Assembly (NCBI GenBank): GCA_965261345.1 | Contig: OZ253449.1 | Coordinates: forward strand, 928,001 to 992,000 | Direction: 5' to 3' | From: Chloroflexota bacterium | GTDB taxonomy: Bacteria; Chloroflexota; UBA11872; VXNJ01 | DNA length: 64,000 bases | In this document: positions 17,239-27,390 of the stretch, piece after piece | How positions within the stretch are numbered: position 1 is the stretch's first letter | How the letters are laid out: each line of letters starts with the position of its first letter | The notes under the pieces: model-generated | Seen by the model: only the letters and a program-made list of their open reading frames with translations | Databases searched by the model: none | What the model was told of the DNA's origin: nothing | Made by a program: the position numbers and the translations under genes

Positions 17239-20200
17239 TCAGGTCCGGGCGACCGCGATCTTGCGGTCGCGGTGACGGTGGCGCGCTTGATCAATGAATT
17301 TTGCCAACCAAATACCGGTGTGCGAGGCTTCATTGCCGGCGATTGCCATCGGCGACCCGCAACCGACCAACTGGCCGCCGCCGCGCCCGCCTTCCGGACC
17401 CAGATCGATTACAAAATCGGCCTGGGCGACGACCGCCAGGTCGTGCTCGATCGCAATTACCGTGTTGCCGGCATCGACTAAGCGATGGATCACCGCCAGC
17501 AGCTCCTGTACGTCGGCCGGATGCAGGCCGACCGTTGGCTCGTCGAAGATGTAGGCCGTGCGACCGGTGGCCGGCCGGGCCAATTCGGCGGCCAATTTCA
17601 CCCGTTGAGCCTCGCCGCCAGACAACGTGCGTGCCGATTGGCCCAGCCGCATGTAGCCCAAACCGACGTCATTTAATGCGTCGAGCGCGCGCTTTACTTT
17701 GGGAACGTGCGCAAAATGCTCGCGCGCCTGGGCGACCGTCATGGCCAGGACCTGGGCGATATTGGCGCCGCGGAAGCGGACACGAAGCGTCTGCTCGTTA
17801 AACCGCTGCCCCCCACAGACCTCGCATTGCATCTCAACGTCGGCTAGGAATTGCATCTGGATCCGGATCTGACCCTCACCGCGGCAGGATGGACAGCGCC
17901 CTCCGCCCTCATTGAAGGAGAACCGGCGGGTGCCAAAGCCCAGCGCGCGCGATTCCGGCAGACGCGCGTACAGGTCGCGGATGGAATCAAAGGCGCCGAC
18001 ATAGGTAATCGGCGTAGAGCGCCCGCTGCGGCCAATCGGCGACTGGTCGACGACGATCACCTTGTCGAGCTGCTCAACCCCTTCAAGCGAATCATGTGCC
18101 CCGGCCGGCTGCCCGGCGCGATGCAGTCGGACCCGCAGGGCTCGGGCCAATATCCCGTTTACCAGGGAGCTCTTGCCAGACCCCGAAACACCGGTCACCG
18201 CCACGAAGCAGGAAAGCGGGAATTCCACGTCGATATGGCAAAGATTGTTGTGGGCGGCCCCCTTAACAACCAGTTTTCCGCGCGGCGGGCGAGGGACCAT
18301 TTTCACGGTCATACGCCCCAGTCGGCCATCCAACGCCTGCCCGGTTAGCGAATCGGCCGCGATCACGTCGGCAACCTGGCCGCTTGCCGCGACGGCGCCA
18401 CCCAACTCGCCCGCCCGCGGGCCGATATCGATGATGTGGTCGGCCGCCCGGATGGTCTGCTCGTCGTGTTCAATCACGATAACCGTGTTGCCAGTGTCGC
18501 GCAGGCGCCGCAGCGACTGCAGCAGTTGGGCGATGTCGCGCGCGTGCAGACCGATCGTGGGTTCATCCAATACGTAGATCGCCCCGATCAGGCGGGTCCC
18601 GATCTGGGTGGCCAGGCGGATCCGCTGGGCCTCTCCGCCGGAAAGCGTGGCGGTCCGCCGGTCCAGGTCCAGGTATCCCAGGCCGACCTCTTGTAAAAAC
18701 GCCAACCGGTTGGCGATCTCGCGCAGCGCCGGGGCGGCGATATCGCGCTCATTGCGAGAGAGCCCAAACGCCTCTGGTTTTTCTTCCACCGCACCAAAAA
18801 ACTCGGCCGCGTCGGCAACCCCCAGCCGCAGCACCTGGGGAAGGGTGCGGCCGGCGAATTGGACCGCGGCCAGAACCGGCTGCAGGCGGTCGCCATCGCA
18901 CTGGCGGCAGCGGTCCAGCCGCATGAAACGCTCCAGGCGCTTCTGCCGATCGGGGTTTTGGGTACGCTCATGCCAACGCGCAAAAAGCGGCACGAAACCT
19001 TCCCAACAGCGTCGGCTGATCCATTCGCTCTCGCCATCGGCATTGGAGAATTCAGCCCGACTTTCGATCTCCGCATCGCCGGATCCGTGGAGCAGAATCT
19101 GCTGGTGCTCGGGCGGCAGATCCTGCCAGGCGGCGTAGAGGTTGATGCCGAAGTGGCCGGCGAGAGCGGTCGCCCAACGCCCCCACCAATGCCCCATCGG
19201 GTCGGATTCGATCAATGCCACTGCCCCGGCGGCGTAGGACCGGGTCCGGTCGGGCACCGCCAGATCGGCATCTATCTGGAGCAGCGAGCCAAGGCCATCG
19301 CAGGCCGGGCAGGCTCCCGAGTAAGAGTTAAAGGAGAAATGTCGCGGCGTAAGGTCGCTACCCAGTCCGGCCCCGCACTCGGCGCAGGTGGCCGAGGTCG
19401 TAAAGGCTTGGGTCACCGCCTCGCCATCGGGCCAGGTCAGCTGGGCGACCAGCCGACCGCCCCCGCGGGCGAGCGCCAGTTCGACCGAATCACCCAGGCG
19501 GTCGCGGCGATCGGGGCGAATCACCAGGCGGTCGACAATCACCTCGACCTCGGAGTTGTCATCAATCGCCGGCAGCTCCGGCGGCAGAGCCGCCAGGTCC
19601 AGGATCCTGTCGGCCAGCCGGGCGCGGACAAAGCCTTCGCGCAGCAGGCCCGCCAGCTGCTCGGGCAATCCGACCTGTGATTCGACCGCCACCGGGGCCG
19701 CCAGCAGCAGGCGGCTGCCGATCGGATGCCCGGCCAAGGCATCGGCTATCTGGGTTGAGGTCATTCCGGAAATGTCGCCGTGCCCATTGGGGCAGTAAGG
19801 CCGCCCGGCCCGAGCGTAGAGAACGCGCAGGTAGTCATGGATTTCGGTAGCGGTTGCCACCAGCGAGCGCGGGGTGCGCGAAGCATTCTCCTGGGAGATC
19901 GCAATCGCCGGGGCCAGGCCGCTGATCGATTCGACCTGGGCATCGTCGGGCCGGCCGAGAAATTGGCGAGCGTAGGCCGAGAGGCATTCCACGAAACGCC
20001 GCTGCCCCTCCGCGAATATGGTGTCCATCGCCAGGGTGGATTTGCCCGATCCCGAGACCCCGGTTACCACGGTCAGCTGGTTCTTGGGGATTTCGACATC
20101 GATCGCCTTGAGGTTGTGCTTGCTGGCGCCCTTGATCGTTAGCATCCGGTCGTGATTCGGGCCCCCGGTTTTTCGCTTCACGGCGGCGACCGCAGACGTT

Positions 20201-23040
20201 CTACCGGCCAGGCACTCGGCGAGCATTTCACCGGTATAGGAGCCGGGAGTGGCGGCGCAACCCTCAGGGGTGCCGCTAAAGACGAGCTCGCCGCCGCCGG
20301 CCCCGCCATCGGGGCCCAGATCGATAACCCAGTCGGCGCACTTAATAACGTCCGAATTGTGCTCGACCACCACCACCGTGTTGCCGCTATCGGTTAGCCG
20401 GTCGAGCATTGCGATCAGGCGTTTGACGTCGGCAAAGTGCAGCCCGGTGGTGGGTTCATCAAGGATGTAGAAGGTTTGACCGGTCGAGGGCCGGGACAGC
20501 TCGCTGGCCAATTTGATCCGCTGGGCCTCGCCGCCGGAAAGCGTCGGGGCCGGCTGTCCCAGCTGGAGATAGCCGAGACCGACGTCCGCCAGGGTTTGCA
20601 GGATCCGGGCGACGGTCGGCAAATTGGCGAAAAATTCGAGCGCCTCATCGATCCGCATCGCCAGCACATCGGCAATGCTCTTCCCCTTGAACCGAACCTT
20701 TAGCGTCTCGCGGTTAAATCGCAGGGACTCGCAAACCTCGCATTTGACCTCGACGTCGCCCATGAACTGCATTTCGATCTGGCGGTAACCACGGCCCTTG
20801 CAGGCCTCGCAGCGCCCGCCGGCGACATTGAAGGAGAACCGCCCCGGAAGATAGCCGCGCGCCCGGGCCTCGGGCAGCTGGGCGAACAAGCGGCGGATCG
20901 GTGAAAACACCCCGGTATAGGTAGCGGGATTGGAGCGCGGGTTGCGGCCGATCGGCTGCTGGTCGATCTCGATGACCTTGTCGATGTGCTCGATCCCCTC
21001 AATCCGATCGTGGGCTCCGGGATCGCGCTGCGCCCGGTGCAGGGTTCGGGCCAGCGCCCGCCGCACAACATCGTCAACCAGCGACGATTTTCCCGATCCC
21101 GATACCCCGGTGACCACGATCAACATGCCCAGCGGGAAATCCACGTCGAGGTTTGCCAGGTTGTTGGCACGCGCGCCGCGCACCCCCAGGAATTGCCCGT
21201 TGCCGGTTCGGCGCGCGGCGGGAATCTCGATCCGCTGTTCCCCGCGCAGGTAGGCGGCGGTCAGCGATCGCTGGCTGGCCAGCAGCTGGGCCGGCGAACC
21301 GGCCGCGACCACCTGCCCACCATCGTCGCCCGCGCCCGGCCCAAAGTCGACGACCTGGTCGGCTGAGCGAATGGTCTGCTCATCGTGCTCGACCACCACC
21401 ACCGTGTTGCCGCGCTCACGCAGCGCCCCCAGGGTCTCCAGCAGTCCGGCGTTGTCCTTGTGGTGGAGCCCGATCGAGGGTTCATCTAGTACGTAGAGGA
21501 CCCCTTCCAGGCGGGATCCGATCTGCGCCGCCAGCCGAATCCGCTGGGCCTCGCCGCCCGACAGGGTTGGGGCGCGCCGGTCGAGTGCCAGATATCCGAG
21601 GCCGACCTTTTCCAAAAATTCCAGTCGTGACTGGATTTCACGCAGGATTTGGGCCGCGATCTGAGTGGTGCGCTGGTCGAAGTCGAGCCTGCCCAGATGG
21701 GCCCGCGCCACATCGACCGTAAAGGCCAGGGTCTGGGCGATATTGATCCCGCCGACGAACACCGCCAGGGCCTCGGGCCGTAGCCGGGCACCCTTGCACT
21801 TTGGACACGGCTGATCGCTCATATAGGGCAGGGCCCAGGCAGCAATTTCAGAGCCCTTGCGGCAGCGTCCACGCAGAATCGGCAGAATTCCACGCCAGGT
21901 CTTCTGGCGGGTTGCCACCCTGCGGTAGCGACCGTCGCCGGTGGCGCGGTCGACCCGCTCGGTATATTTCCGCCGGCCGGCCCCGTGCAGGATCAGGTCG
22001 CGGGCCGATTGCGGCAATTGATTCCAGGGTGTGAGCGGTGAGAATCCAAAGGCGTCGGCAAGCGAATCCCAGGATTGCTCGTCCATCCGCAGGTAAAGGG
22101 TCCAGCCGGAGCGGTTGGTCAGGGCCAGCGCCCCGTCGGCGATAGAGCGCTCGGGTTCGGTGACCAGCTTGGCCGCGTCAAAGTCAAAGGTTGTGCCAAT
22201 CCCATGACAGGCCGGGCAGGCGCCGCGCCGGCTGTTGAACGAAAAAAGCGCCGGCTCGGGCGGCTCCACCCCGGCCCCGCAGTTAGGGCAACCATGACCG
22301 GAGCTATACGTTGCCCGGCCATTGCCCCAATCGGCCAAGAGAAGACCGTCGGCCAGTTCCAGGGCGGTCTCGACCGCACCGGTGATGCGGTCCAGTCCAA
22401 CCGATCCGATGCGCAGGCGGTCCACCACGACCTCGATATCGTGCCAGCGGGTCCGCGCCAGCTCGGGCAGCGGGTCCAGCCGGCGGACCTCGCCGTCGAT
22501 GCGGGCGCGGACGTACCCGCGGGCCCTCAACTCGGCAAGCAATTTGCGATGTTCGCCGCGGCGATGTCGCACCACCGGCGCCAGCAGCAACACCTGTGTT
22601 CGCTCGGGGATCAGCGCCACTTGGCGGGCAATTTGCTGTGGGCTGAGCGATTCGATCGCCGACCCGCATTCATGGCAATTTAGCTTGCCGGCGCGAGCGT
22701 ACAGGAGCCGCAAGTAGTCGGAGATCTCGGTGATCGTCCCAACCGTCGAACGCGGGTTGCGGCCGGCACTTTTCTGGTCGATTGCGGCGGCCGGGGCAAG
22801 GCCCTCAATGTGTTCGACCAGCGGCCGTTCCAGCTGCCCCAGGAACTGCCGCGCGTACGAGGAGAGCGATTCGACGTAGCGCCGCTGGCCCTCTTTGAAA
22901 ATCGTATCGAACGCAAGCGAAGACTTGCCCGAACCGCTTATCCCGGTAAATACCGTAAGGGATTCGTGCAGTATTTCTAGATCAACGGCCTTGAGATTGT
23001 GCTCGCTGGCACCGCGGATCGAGATTGCCTGGATCGGCAG
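17239..23040 (-). CDS. uvrA: Excinuclease ABC subunit A, tandem double-length form (about 1933 aa)
   Basis: Two complete UvrA units with four GxSGSGKS Walker A and four LSGGEAQR motifs plus Zn fingers. The frame stays open upstream of the listed TTG 22713 (IRGASEHNLK...GISGSGKSSLAFDTI) up to CTG 23040, which follows GGGAG. Confidence 0.93.
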   Translation of the reverse strand: MPIQAISIRGASEHNLKAVDLEILHESLTVFTGISGSGKSSLAFDTIFKEGQRRYVESLSSYARQFLGQLERPLVEHIEGLAPAAAIDQKSAGRNPRSTVGTITEISDYLRLLYARAGKLNCHECGSAIESLSPQQIARQVALIPERTQVLLLAPVVRHRRGEHRKLLAELRARGYVRARIDGEVRRLDPLPELARTRWHDIEVVVDRLRIGSVGLDRITGAVETALELADGLLLADWGNGRATYSSGHGCPNCGAGVEPPEPALFSFNSRRGACPACHGIGTTFDFDAAKLVTEPERSIADGALALTNRSGWTLYLRMDEQSWDSLADAFGFSPLTPWNQLPQSARDLILHGAGRRKYTERVDRATGDGRYRRVATRQKTWRGILPILRGRCRKGSEIAAWALPYMSDQPCPKCKGARLRPEALAVFVGGINIAQTLAFTVDVARAHLGRLDFDQRTTQIAAQILREIQSRLEFLEKVGLGYLALDRRAPTLSGGEAQRIRLAAQIGSRLEGVLYVLDEPSIGLHHKDNAGLLETLGALRERGNTVVVVEHDEQTIRSADQVVDFGPGAGDDGGQVVAAGSPAQLLASQRSLTAAYLRGEQRIEIPAARRTGNGQFLGVRGARANNLANLDVDFPLGMLIVVTGVSGSGKSSLVDDVVRRALARTLHRAQRDPGAHDRIEGIEHIDKVIEIDQQPIGRNPRSNPATYTGVFSPIRRLFAQLPEARARGYLPGRFSFNVAGGRCEACKGRGYRQIEMQFMGDVEVKCEVCESLRFNRETLKVRFKGKSIADVLAMRIDEALEFFANLPTVARILQTLADVGLGYLQLGQPAPTLSGGEAQRIKLASELSRPSTGQTFYILDEPTTGLHFADVKRLIAMLDRLTDSGNTVVVVEHNSDVIKCADWVIDLGPDGGAGGGELVFSGTPEGCAATPGSYTGEMLAECLAGRTSAVAAVKRKTGGPNHDRMLTIKGASKHNLKAIDVEIPKNQLTVVTGVSGSGKSTLAMDTIFAEGQRRFVECLSAYARQFLGRPDDAQVESISGLAPAIAISQENASRTPRSLVATATEIHDYLRVLYARAGRPYCPNGHGDISGMTSTQIADALAGHPIGSRLLLAAPVAVESQVGLPEQLAGLLREGFVRARLADRILDLAALPPELPAIDDNSEVEVIVDRLVIRPDRRDRLGDSVELALARGGGRLVAQLTWPDGEAVTQAFTTSATCAECGAGLGSDLTPRHFSFNSYSGACPACDGLGSLLQIDADLAVPDRTRSYAAGAVALIESDPMGHWWGRWATALAGHFGINLYAAWQDLPPEHQQILLHGSGDAEIESRAEFSNADGESEWISRRCWEGFVPLFARWHERTQNPDRQKRLERFMRLDRCRQCDGDRLQPVLAAVQFAGRTLPQVLRLGVADAAEFFGAVEEKPEAFGLSRNERDIAAPALREIANRLAFLQEVGLGYLDLDRRTATLSGGEAQRIRLATQIGTRLIGAIYVLDEPTIGLHARDIAQLLQSLRRLRDTGNTVIVIEHDEQTIRAADHIIDIGPRAGELGGAVAASGQVADVIAADSLTGQALDGRLGRMTVKMVPRPPRGKLVVKGAAHNNLCHIDVEFPLSCFVAVTGVSGSGKSSLVNGILARALRVRLHRAGQPAGAHDSLEGVEQLDKVIVVDQSPIGRSGRSTPITYVGAFDSIRDLYARLPESRALGFGTRRFSFNEGGGRCPSCRGEGQIRIQMQFLADVEMQCEVCGGQRFNEQTLRVRFRGANIAQVLAMTVAQAREHFAHVPKVKRALDALNDVGLGYMRLGQSARTLSGGEAQRVKLAAELARPATGRTAYIFDEPTVGLHPADVQELLAVIHRLVDAGNTVIAIEHDLAVVAQADFVIDLGPEGGRGGGQLVGCGSPMAIAGNEASHTGIWLAKFIDQARHRHRDRKIAVART

Positions 23041-23156
23041 GCGGTCAAACTCCCGTCATTTGGCCGCCGCGTGGCCGCCAAAAAAGCAAAGGATTCAATT
23101 ATCGGGCGGATCCGTGGGCCGGTTCAAAATACCCGGGCCCAGGCCCGGGGCGTTGG

Positions 23157-23324
23157 TCAGGCTGGCTTATCCTGGCGGTTGCCGCAACGCTCGCAGGCCC
23201 AATAGCGTTCGCGTTTGAGCCCCAGCATGCTCTTGCGTTCGCGCAACTGAATATTGGTGTTCTGGCGACAGGCGCTGCATTCGGCCACGATCACATCACC
23301 TACGCGGTGGTTGGTATCCCCCAT
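23157..23324 (-). CDS. Small zinc-ribbon protein (55 aa)
   Basis: CSAC...CERC; ATG with strong RBS GGGAGGG. Confidence 0.65.
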   Translation of the reverse strand: MGDTNHRVGDVIVAECSACRQNTNIQLRERKSMLGLKRERYWACERCGNRQDKPA

Positions 23325-23451
23325 GGTCTCCCTCCCGATGATTACCTTGTGCCAATAGACTTTCAATATAAAGCAGCGGTAGCCCCGATTCCGACATGCG
23401 GCTGTCTTTATCTGCCCGAAACAACAATCCCACTGTCCAGGCGGCCAGGCG

Positions 23452-23727
23452 ATGAAAGTTAACGTGCGCATCCCACGGGTATTGCGCGGCCACACCGGCG
23501 GCCAGGCGATCGTGGAGCTTGAGGCGGCCACCGTGGCCGAATTGCTCGATTCCCTTTACTCGACCTACCCGAGCTTGCGTGAATCACTAGGTGGCGGGGG
23601 CGATGAGGTCCTAAATTTCACCAACTTCTTCATCAATGACACCGAAGTTACCGCCGTTGGCGGCCTCACGGCCCGACTCGCCGACGGCGACACGGTGACC
23701 ATATTGCCGTCGATGGCAGGCGGCTGA
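23452..23727 (+). CDS. MoaD/ThiS-family ubiquitin-like sulfur carrier
   Basis: VRIP..LR..TGG...NFFIND...LADGDTVTILPSMAGG, ending in GG. Confidence 0.92.
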   Translation: MKVNVRIPRVLRGHTGGQAIVELEAATVAELLDSLYSTYPSLRESLGGGGDEVLNFTNFFINDTEVTAVGGLTARLADGDTVTILPSMAGG

Positions 23728-23734
23728 ACCCGGC

Positions 23735-24649
23735 TTAGGCGCTTTTACGCTCGCCTAGCAGCGCGTTGACAAACTGCTCTGGGTCGAACTCGGCAAGGTC
23801 GTCGATCCCCTCGCCGACTCCCACAAATTTGATCGGCAGCCCCAGCTCACTGGCCACCATGAACGCCGCACCACCCTTGGCCGACCCATCCAGTTTGCTT
23901 ATCACGACACCGTCCAGACCGATGCTGGCGGCAAATTGCCCGGCCTGGGCGATCCCATTGAGGCCGCTCATTCCATCCAGCACGATCAGCTTTTGGTGCG
24001 GTGCACCGGCGATCCTCCGGCCCACCACGCGACAGATTTTCTCCAGTTCCCGCATCAGGCCGGCATTGTTCTGCAACCGACCGGCGGTATCGACGATCAG
24101 GTAGTCGGCCCCGCTGGCCTGCGCGGCGCTGGCCGCATCATAGACCACCGATCCGGGATCGGAGCCGGGAGCCTGGGCCACAACCCGCATGTTCAGGCGA
24201 GCTCCCCAATGCTGCAACTGGGCGATTGCCCCGGCCCGAAAGGTATCGGCGGCGGCAAGCACCACCTCATGGCCGTCGGACTGCAGGCGCGCCGCCAGCT
24301 TGGCGATAGTGGTGGTCTTGCCCGAACCGTTGACCCCGACGACGACTATCACCGCCGGTCGAGCGGGCGGTGGCAGGGTGCAATCGCGTCGGCCCAGGGC
24401 GGTGATTAATTTTTCGCGTGCCAGTTCCCGCAATTGGTCACCTGAAGTGACCGGCGCAGTGCGCAGTTGCTCGACAAGTCCGGTGGCAAAGTCCGGGCCA
24501 ACGTCGGAACTAATCAGCAGGTCTTCAAGTTCCTCCCAATCGGCATCGCCGAGTCGCTGCCGCCCGATGACCCCAAGAACCTGGTTGGCAAATCCGGCAC
24601 GCAGGCGGGCCATCCCGGAGAAGAGTTTGCCCCGATCAGCTCTGGTCAC
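23735..24649 (-). CDS. ftsY: SRP receptor (short form); start approximate
   Basis: [33 protein letters not shown]. Confidence 0.95.
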   Translation of the reverse strand: MTRADRGKLFSGMARLRAGFANQVLGVIGRQRLGDADWEELEDLLISSDVGPDFATGLVEQLRTAPVTSGDQLRELAREKLITALGRRDCTLPPPARPAVIVVVGVNGSGKTTTIAKLAARLQSDGHEVVLAAADTFRAGAIAQLQHWGARLNMRVVAQAPGSDPGSVVYDAASAAQASGADYLIVDTAGRLQNNAGLMRELEKICRVVGRRIAGAPHQKLIVLDGMSGLNGIAQAGQFAASIGLDGVVISKLDGSAKGGAAFMVASELGLPIKFVGVGEGIDDLAEFDPEQFVNALLGERKSA

Positions 24650-25694
24650 GGTCGCGCAAGCCTGGGGTGGGGGAGGGCAGCGGCTCGGGGCCAAACAGCC
24701 CGATCTCGGCTGCTGACACATACAGTCGGCTTCCGTGGTTGGAATTTATTCGCAGCAGATACCAGCTGGCTTCGCTGCGGTCGGGATCATCGGCGAGCCC
24801 GAGCGGATTGGCGCCAATCCGCTCGGGCACGAAGAAGGAACCCAACCAAGTGAGTTCGCTGGCGCCAAATTGCGGGTCGGTACTTGCCGAATAGATTTCA
24901 AATTCGGCCACAAATGAATCGGTCGGTTCAAGTTCGTGATTCCAGATCACCACCTTGGCCAGTGGGAACGGTTTTTCACTCCAAAAAACCAGGTCCAGCG
25001 GAAGATTTGGAATTTCCGATCGCCAACCGGGCAACTGGGGTTCGAAAAGGCCATCCACCAGCCGCGGGGACGTATGCCACTCCGACTGGGGGACGCCCAC
25101 CACCTGGCCGGAACTGAAGCGATGATCGAGCGCGACGCCATTGATCTGAGCGATGTCGCCAGCTCCCACCCGCAGGCGGTCGGCCAGGCCTACAACGCTG
25201 GTGTCGCCCTCCAGCACAAGGTGGCGGGTAGCCGGTTCAACAACCCTCGCTCCACCGCCATTTATCAACTCGACCAAGTCGATTCCCTGGCCATCAAGTG
25301 AAAAATCCTGGGTGAATCCCACCCGCGCGCGGCGGATGGTCTCGTAGGGGACTGGTGCCGAGGCCAGGTTGACAAAAACCGCGCTCGCCCCGCCGACGAT
25401 CAGCAAAAGGGCGGCCAACATCGTCATCATCACCGCGGTTCGGGGCGAGCGCAGTCGCGTTAGGAAATTGCGGTAGGTGAAACGCCGTTCCTGGGCCAAC
25501 CGTTCCGCCAGCGCGATTTCTTCAGCGCATTTGGGGCAGACTTGCACACTGGAAACCGACGACAGCGCCCGCTTGGAATAGAAGCGGCGACAGCGTCCGC
25601 AGGGATCGGTCGCCGGGTGGGTGGGAAAGTAAGGGCAACGCCTGCGCGAGAGGGATCCGGCAAGATTGCGATCGCGGCCGGGTTGGCTCTTCAC
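24636..25694 (-). CDS. Membrane-anchored protein with N-terminal B-box-like Zn finger, LysM-like insert and discoidin-like C-terminal part
   Basis: C...HP...CGRC...CPKC; one TM segment; HLVLEGDT...IAQING; [10 protein letters not shown]...SAAEI. Confidence 0.55.
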   Translation of the reverse strand: MKSQPGRDRNLAGSLSRRRCPYFPTHPATDPCGRCRRFYSKRALSSVSSVQVCPKCAEEIALAERLAQERRFTYRNFLTRLRSPRTAVMMTMLAALLLIVGGASAVFVNLASAPVPYETIRRARVGFTQDFSLDGQGIDLVELINGGGARVVEPATRHLVLEGDTSVVGLADRLRVGAGDIAQINGVALDHRFSSGQVVGVPQSEWHTSPRLVDGLFEPQLPGWRSEIPNLPLDLVFWSEKPFPLAKVVIWNHELEPTDSFVAEFEIYSASTDPQFGASELTWLGSFFVPERIGANPLGLADDPDRSEASWYLLRINSNHGSRLYVSAAEIGLFGPEPLPSPTPGLRDRDQS

Positions 25695-25717
25695 CGGCCC
25701 ACCGGTCGGGCAGACTT

Positions 25718-25936
25718 TTAGCGGCGGGCGGTGTGCCGCAAGTCGACCACCGGTTCGTTCATGTAGACCTCGCCGTTGCGGATCTTGAGATTGAACTTGC
25801 AGATTGGGTTGGTGCAGACCCAGGCCTTGTAATGGACCGATGCGCCATGGCCACCGAAATCTGACAGCGGCACCAGCACGCCCTCGCCGCAGGACATGCA
25901 GTCAGGAAATTGCGACTCGGTGTACGATTCGTCCAC
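25718..25936 (-). CDS. Small zinc-finger protein
   Basis: CMSC...CTNPIC; GTG with RBS GGAGG. Confidence 0.75.
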   Translation of the reverse strand: MDESYTESQFPDCMSCGEGVLVPLSDFGGHGASVHYKAWVCTNPICKFNLKIRNGEVYMNEPVVDLRHTARR

Positions 25937-26050
25937 ACAACCTCCTAGGCAGTTGTCCACCAGGCCCGATCCCCGTGCCCAGAATAATTGAGGTCAATCC
26001 AACCTTCGGCCAGCGGCGCCATCCTACTAGCCGAACTCATTGTAGTTGGC

Positions 26051-27376
26051 TCAGACGCCGGCTGTTGGCCTGCCCGCTCGATAGGATTCCAGCAGAATTT
26101 GGGCCAGGTGCTCAACCGGCAGGCCGGACTGGCGCTTTGCCAAACCCTGCGCCAAATGCATTTGGCACCCCGGATTGGTGGTAATTAGGCGATCGGCGCC
26201 GGTGGCCTCGATGGTGTCCAACTTTTCATCGCGAATTTGACCTGAGACCTCGGGGTTGAGCAGGCTGTAGATGCCGGCATTGCCGCAGCAAAGATACGGT
26301 CGCTCGGGCTCCACCAGCTCCAGCCCGGGTATCGCCCCGAGCAACTCCCGCGGTTGGGCGGTGATTTTCTGGGCGTGCCGCAGATGGCAGGCATCCTGAT
26401 AACAGACCCGCGCCGGCACCGGCCCAAGGTTTCCGACCAATCCGATTCGCCCGAGCCACTCGGAAAGATCGTAAACGTTGGCCGATACCCGGTCGGCCCG
26501 AGCCGACCAGCGCGGGTCATCCGAAAGCATGTGGGCCCATTCCTTGGCCGAAGATCCGCAGCCGGCCGAGTTGATCACGATTGCGTCGAGGGTGGGATCG
26601 TCGAAGGCGGCCACGTTCTTGCGGGCCATGGCCCGACCGGTGGCCCGGTCGCCGTTGTGCCAATTTAGCCCGCCACAGCACCCTTGGGCCTTTGGCACGA
26701 CGACTTCACATCCGTTTTGCGCCAGGACGGCGATGGTGGCCCGGTTGACTTCGGCGAAGGCCACCTGCATGATGCAGCCGGCCAGCAGGCCCACCCGGTA
26801 GCGACGGGTGCCGATCGCCGGGACCTGGGTCACGTCACTTGGGCCGCAGAAGCGGCGGGCAATGCGCGGGGCCGATCGCGCCGCGTTGGCCAATTTGCTC
26901 GGGAGGAGATCTAACAGGCGCAGGCGATCGGCGGCTCGGTCCAGGGCCAGAAGTTGCACCAGGCCTAACCCGCGCGCCAGGATCCGCAGCAACCAGGTTC
27001 GACCTAGGACGATGCGCAGCAGCGAATTGGCGGTGGCCATTCCGGGCGGGAGGTTGCCGGCCATCGTCGCCTGCGCCCTAGCTGCCTCGATGATCTGGCC
27101 GTATTCAACTCCCGACGGGCAGGCCGATTCACAACCGCGGCAGTCCAGGCACAAAAAGATGTGTTGTGAAAAGGACGGTTCGTCCAATCCGAGGCGCCCT
27201 TCGTGTACCGCCCGCACCAGCTCGATGCGGCCCCGCGGGGAATCGGTCTCCACCCGGAGGGCGCGGTAGGTGGGGCACTCCGCCAGGCACATTCCGCAGT
27301 GAATGCAAGTAGATATCAACCCCGCATCGGGGGCATCGATCGCCGTGAATATGGATTGCGGGGGCTTGACCGACAT
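26051..27376 (-). CDS. glcF: Glycolate oxidase Fe-S subunit
   Basis: CIHCGMCLAECP, SPRGRI, CLDCRGCESACP, two CCG domains. Confidence 0.92.
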   Translation of the reverse strand: MSVKPPQSIFTAIDAPDAGLISTCIHCGMCLAECPTYRALRVETDSPRGRIELVRAVHEGRLGLDEPSFSQHIFLCLDCRGCESACPSGVEYGQIIEAARAQATMAGNLPPGMATANSLLRIVLGRTWLLRILARGLGLVQLLALDRAADRLRLLDLLPSKLANAARSAPRIARRFCGPSDVTQVPAIGTRRYRVGLLAGCIMQVAFAEVNRATIAVLAQNGCEVVVPKAQGCCGGLNWHNGDRATGRAMARKNVAAFDDPTLDAIVINSAGCGSSAKEWAHMLSDDPRWSARADRVSANVYDLSEWLGRIGLVGNLGPVPARVCYQDACHLRHAQKITAQPRELLGAIPGLELVEPERPYLCCGNAGIYSLLNPEVSGQIRDEKLDTIEATGADRLITTNPGCQMHLAQGLAKRQSGLPVEHLAQILLESYRAGRPTAGV

Positions 27377-27390
27377 GGGGTGGGCTCCGA

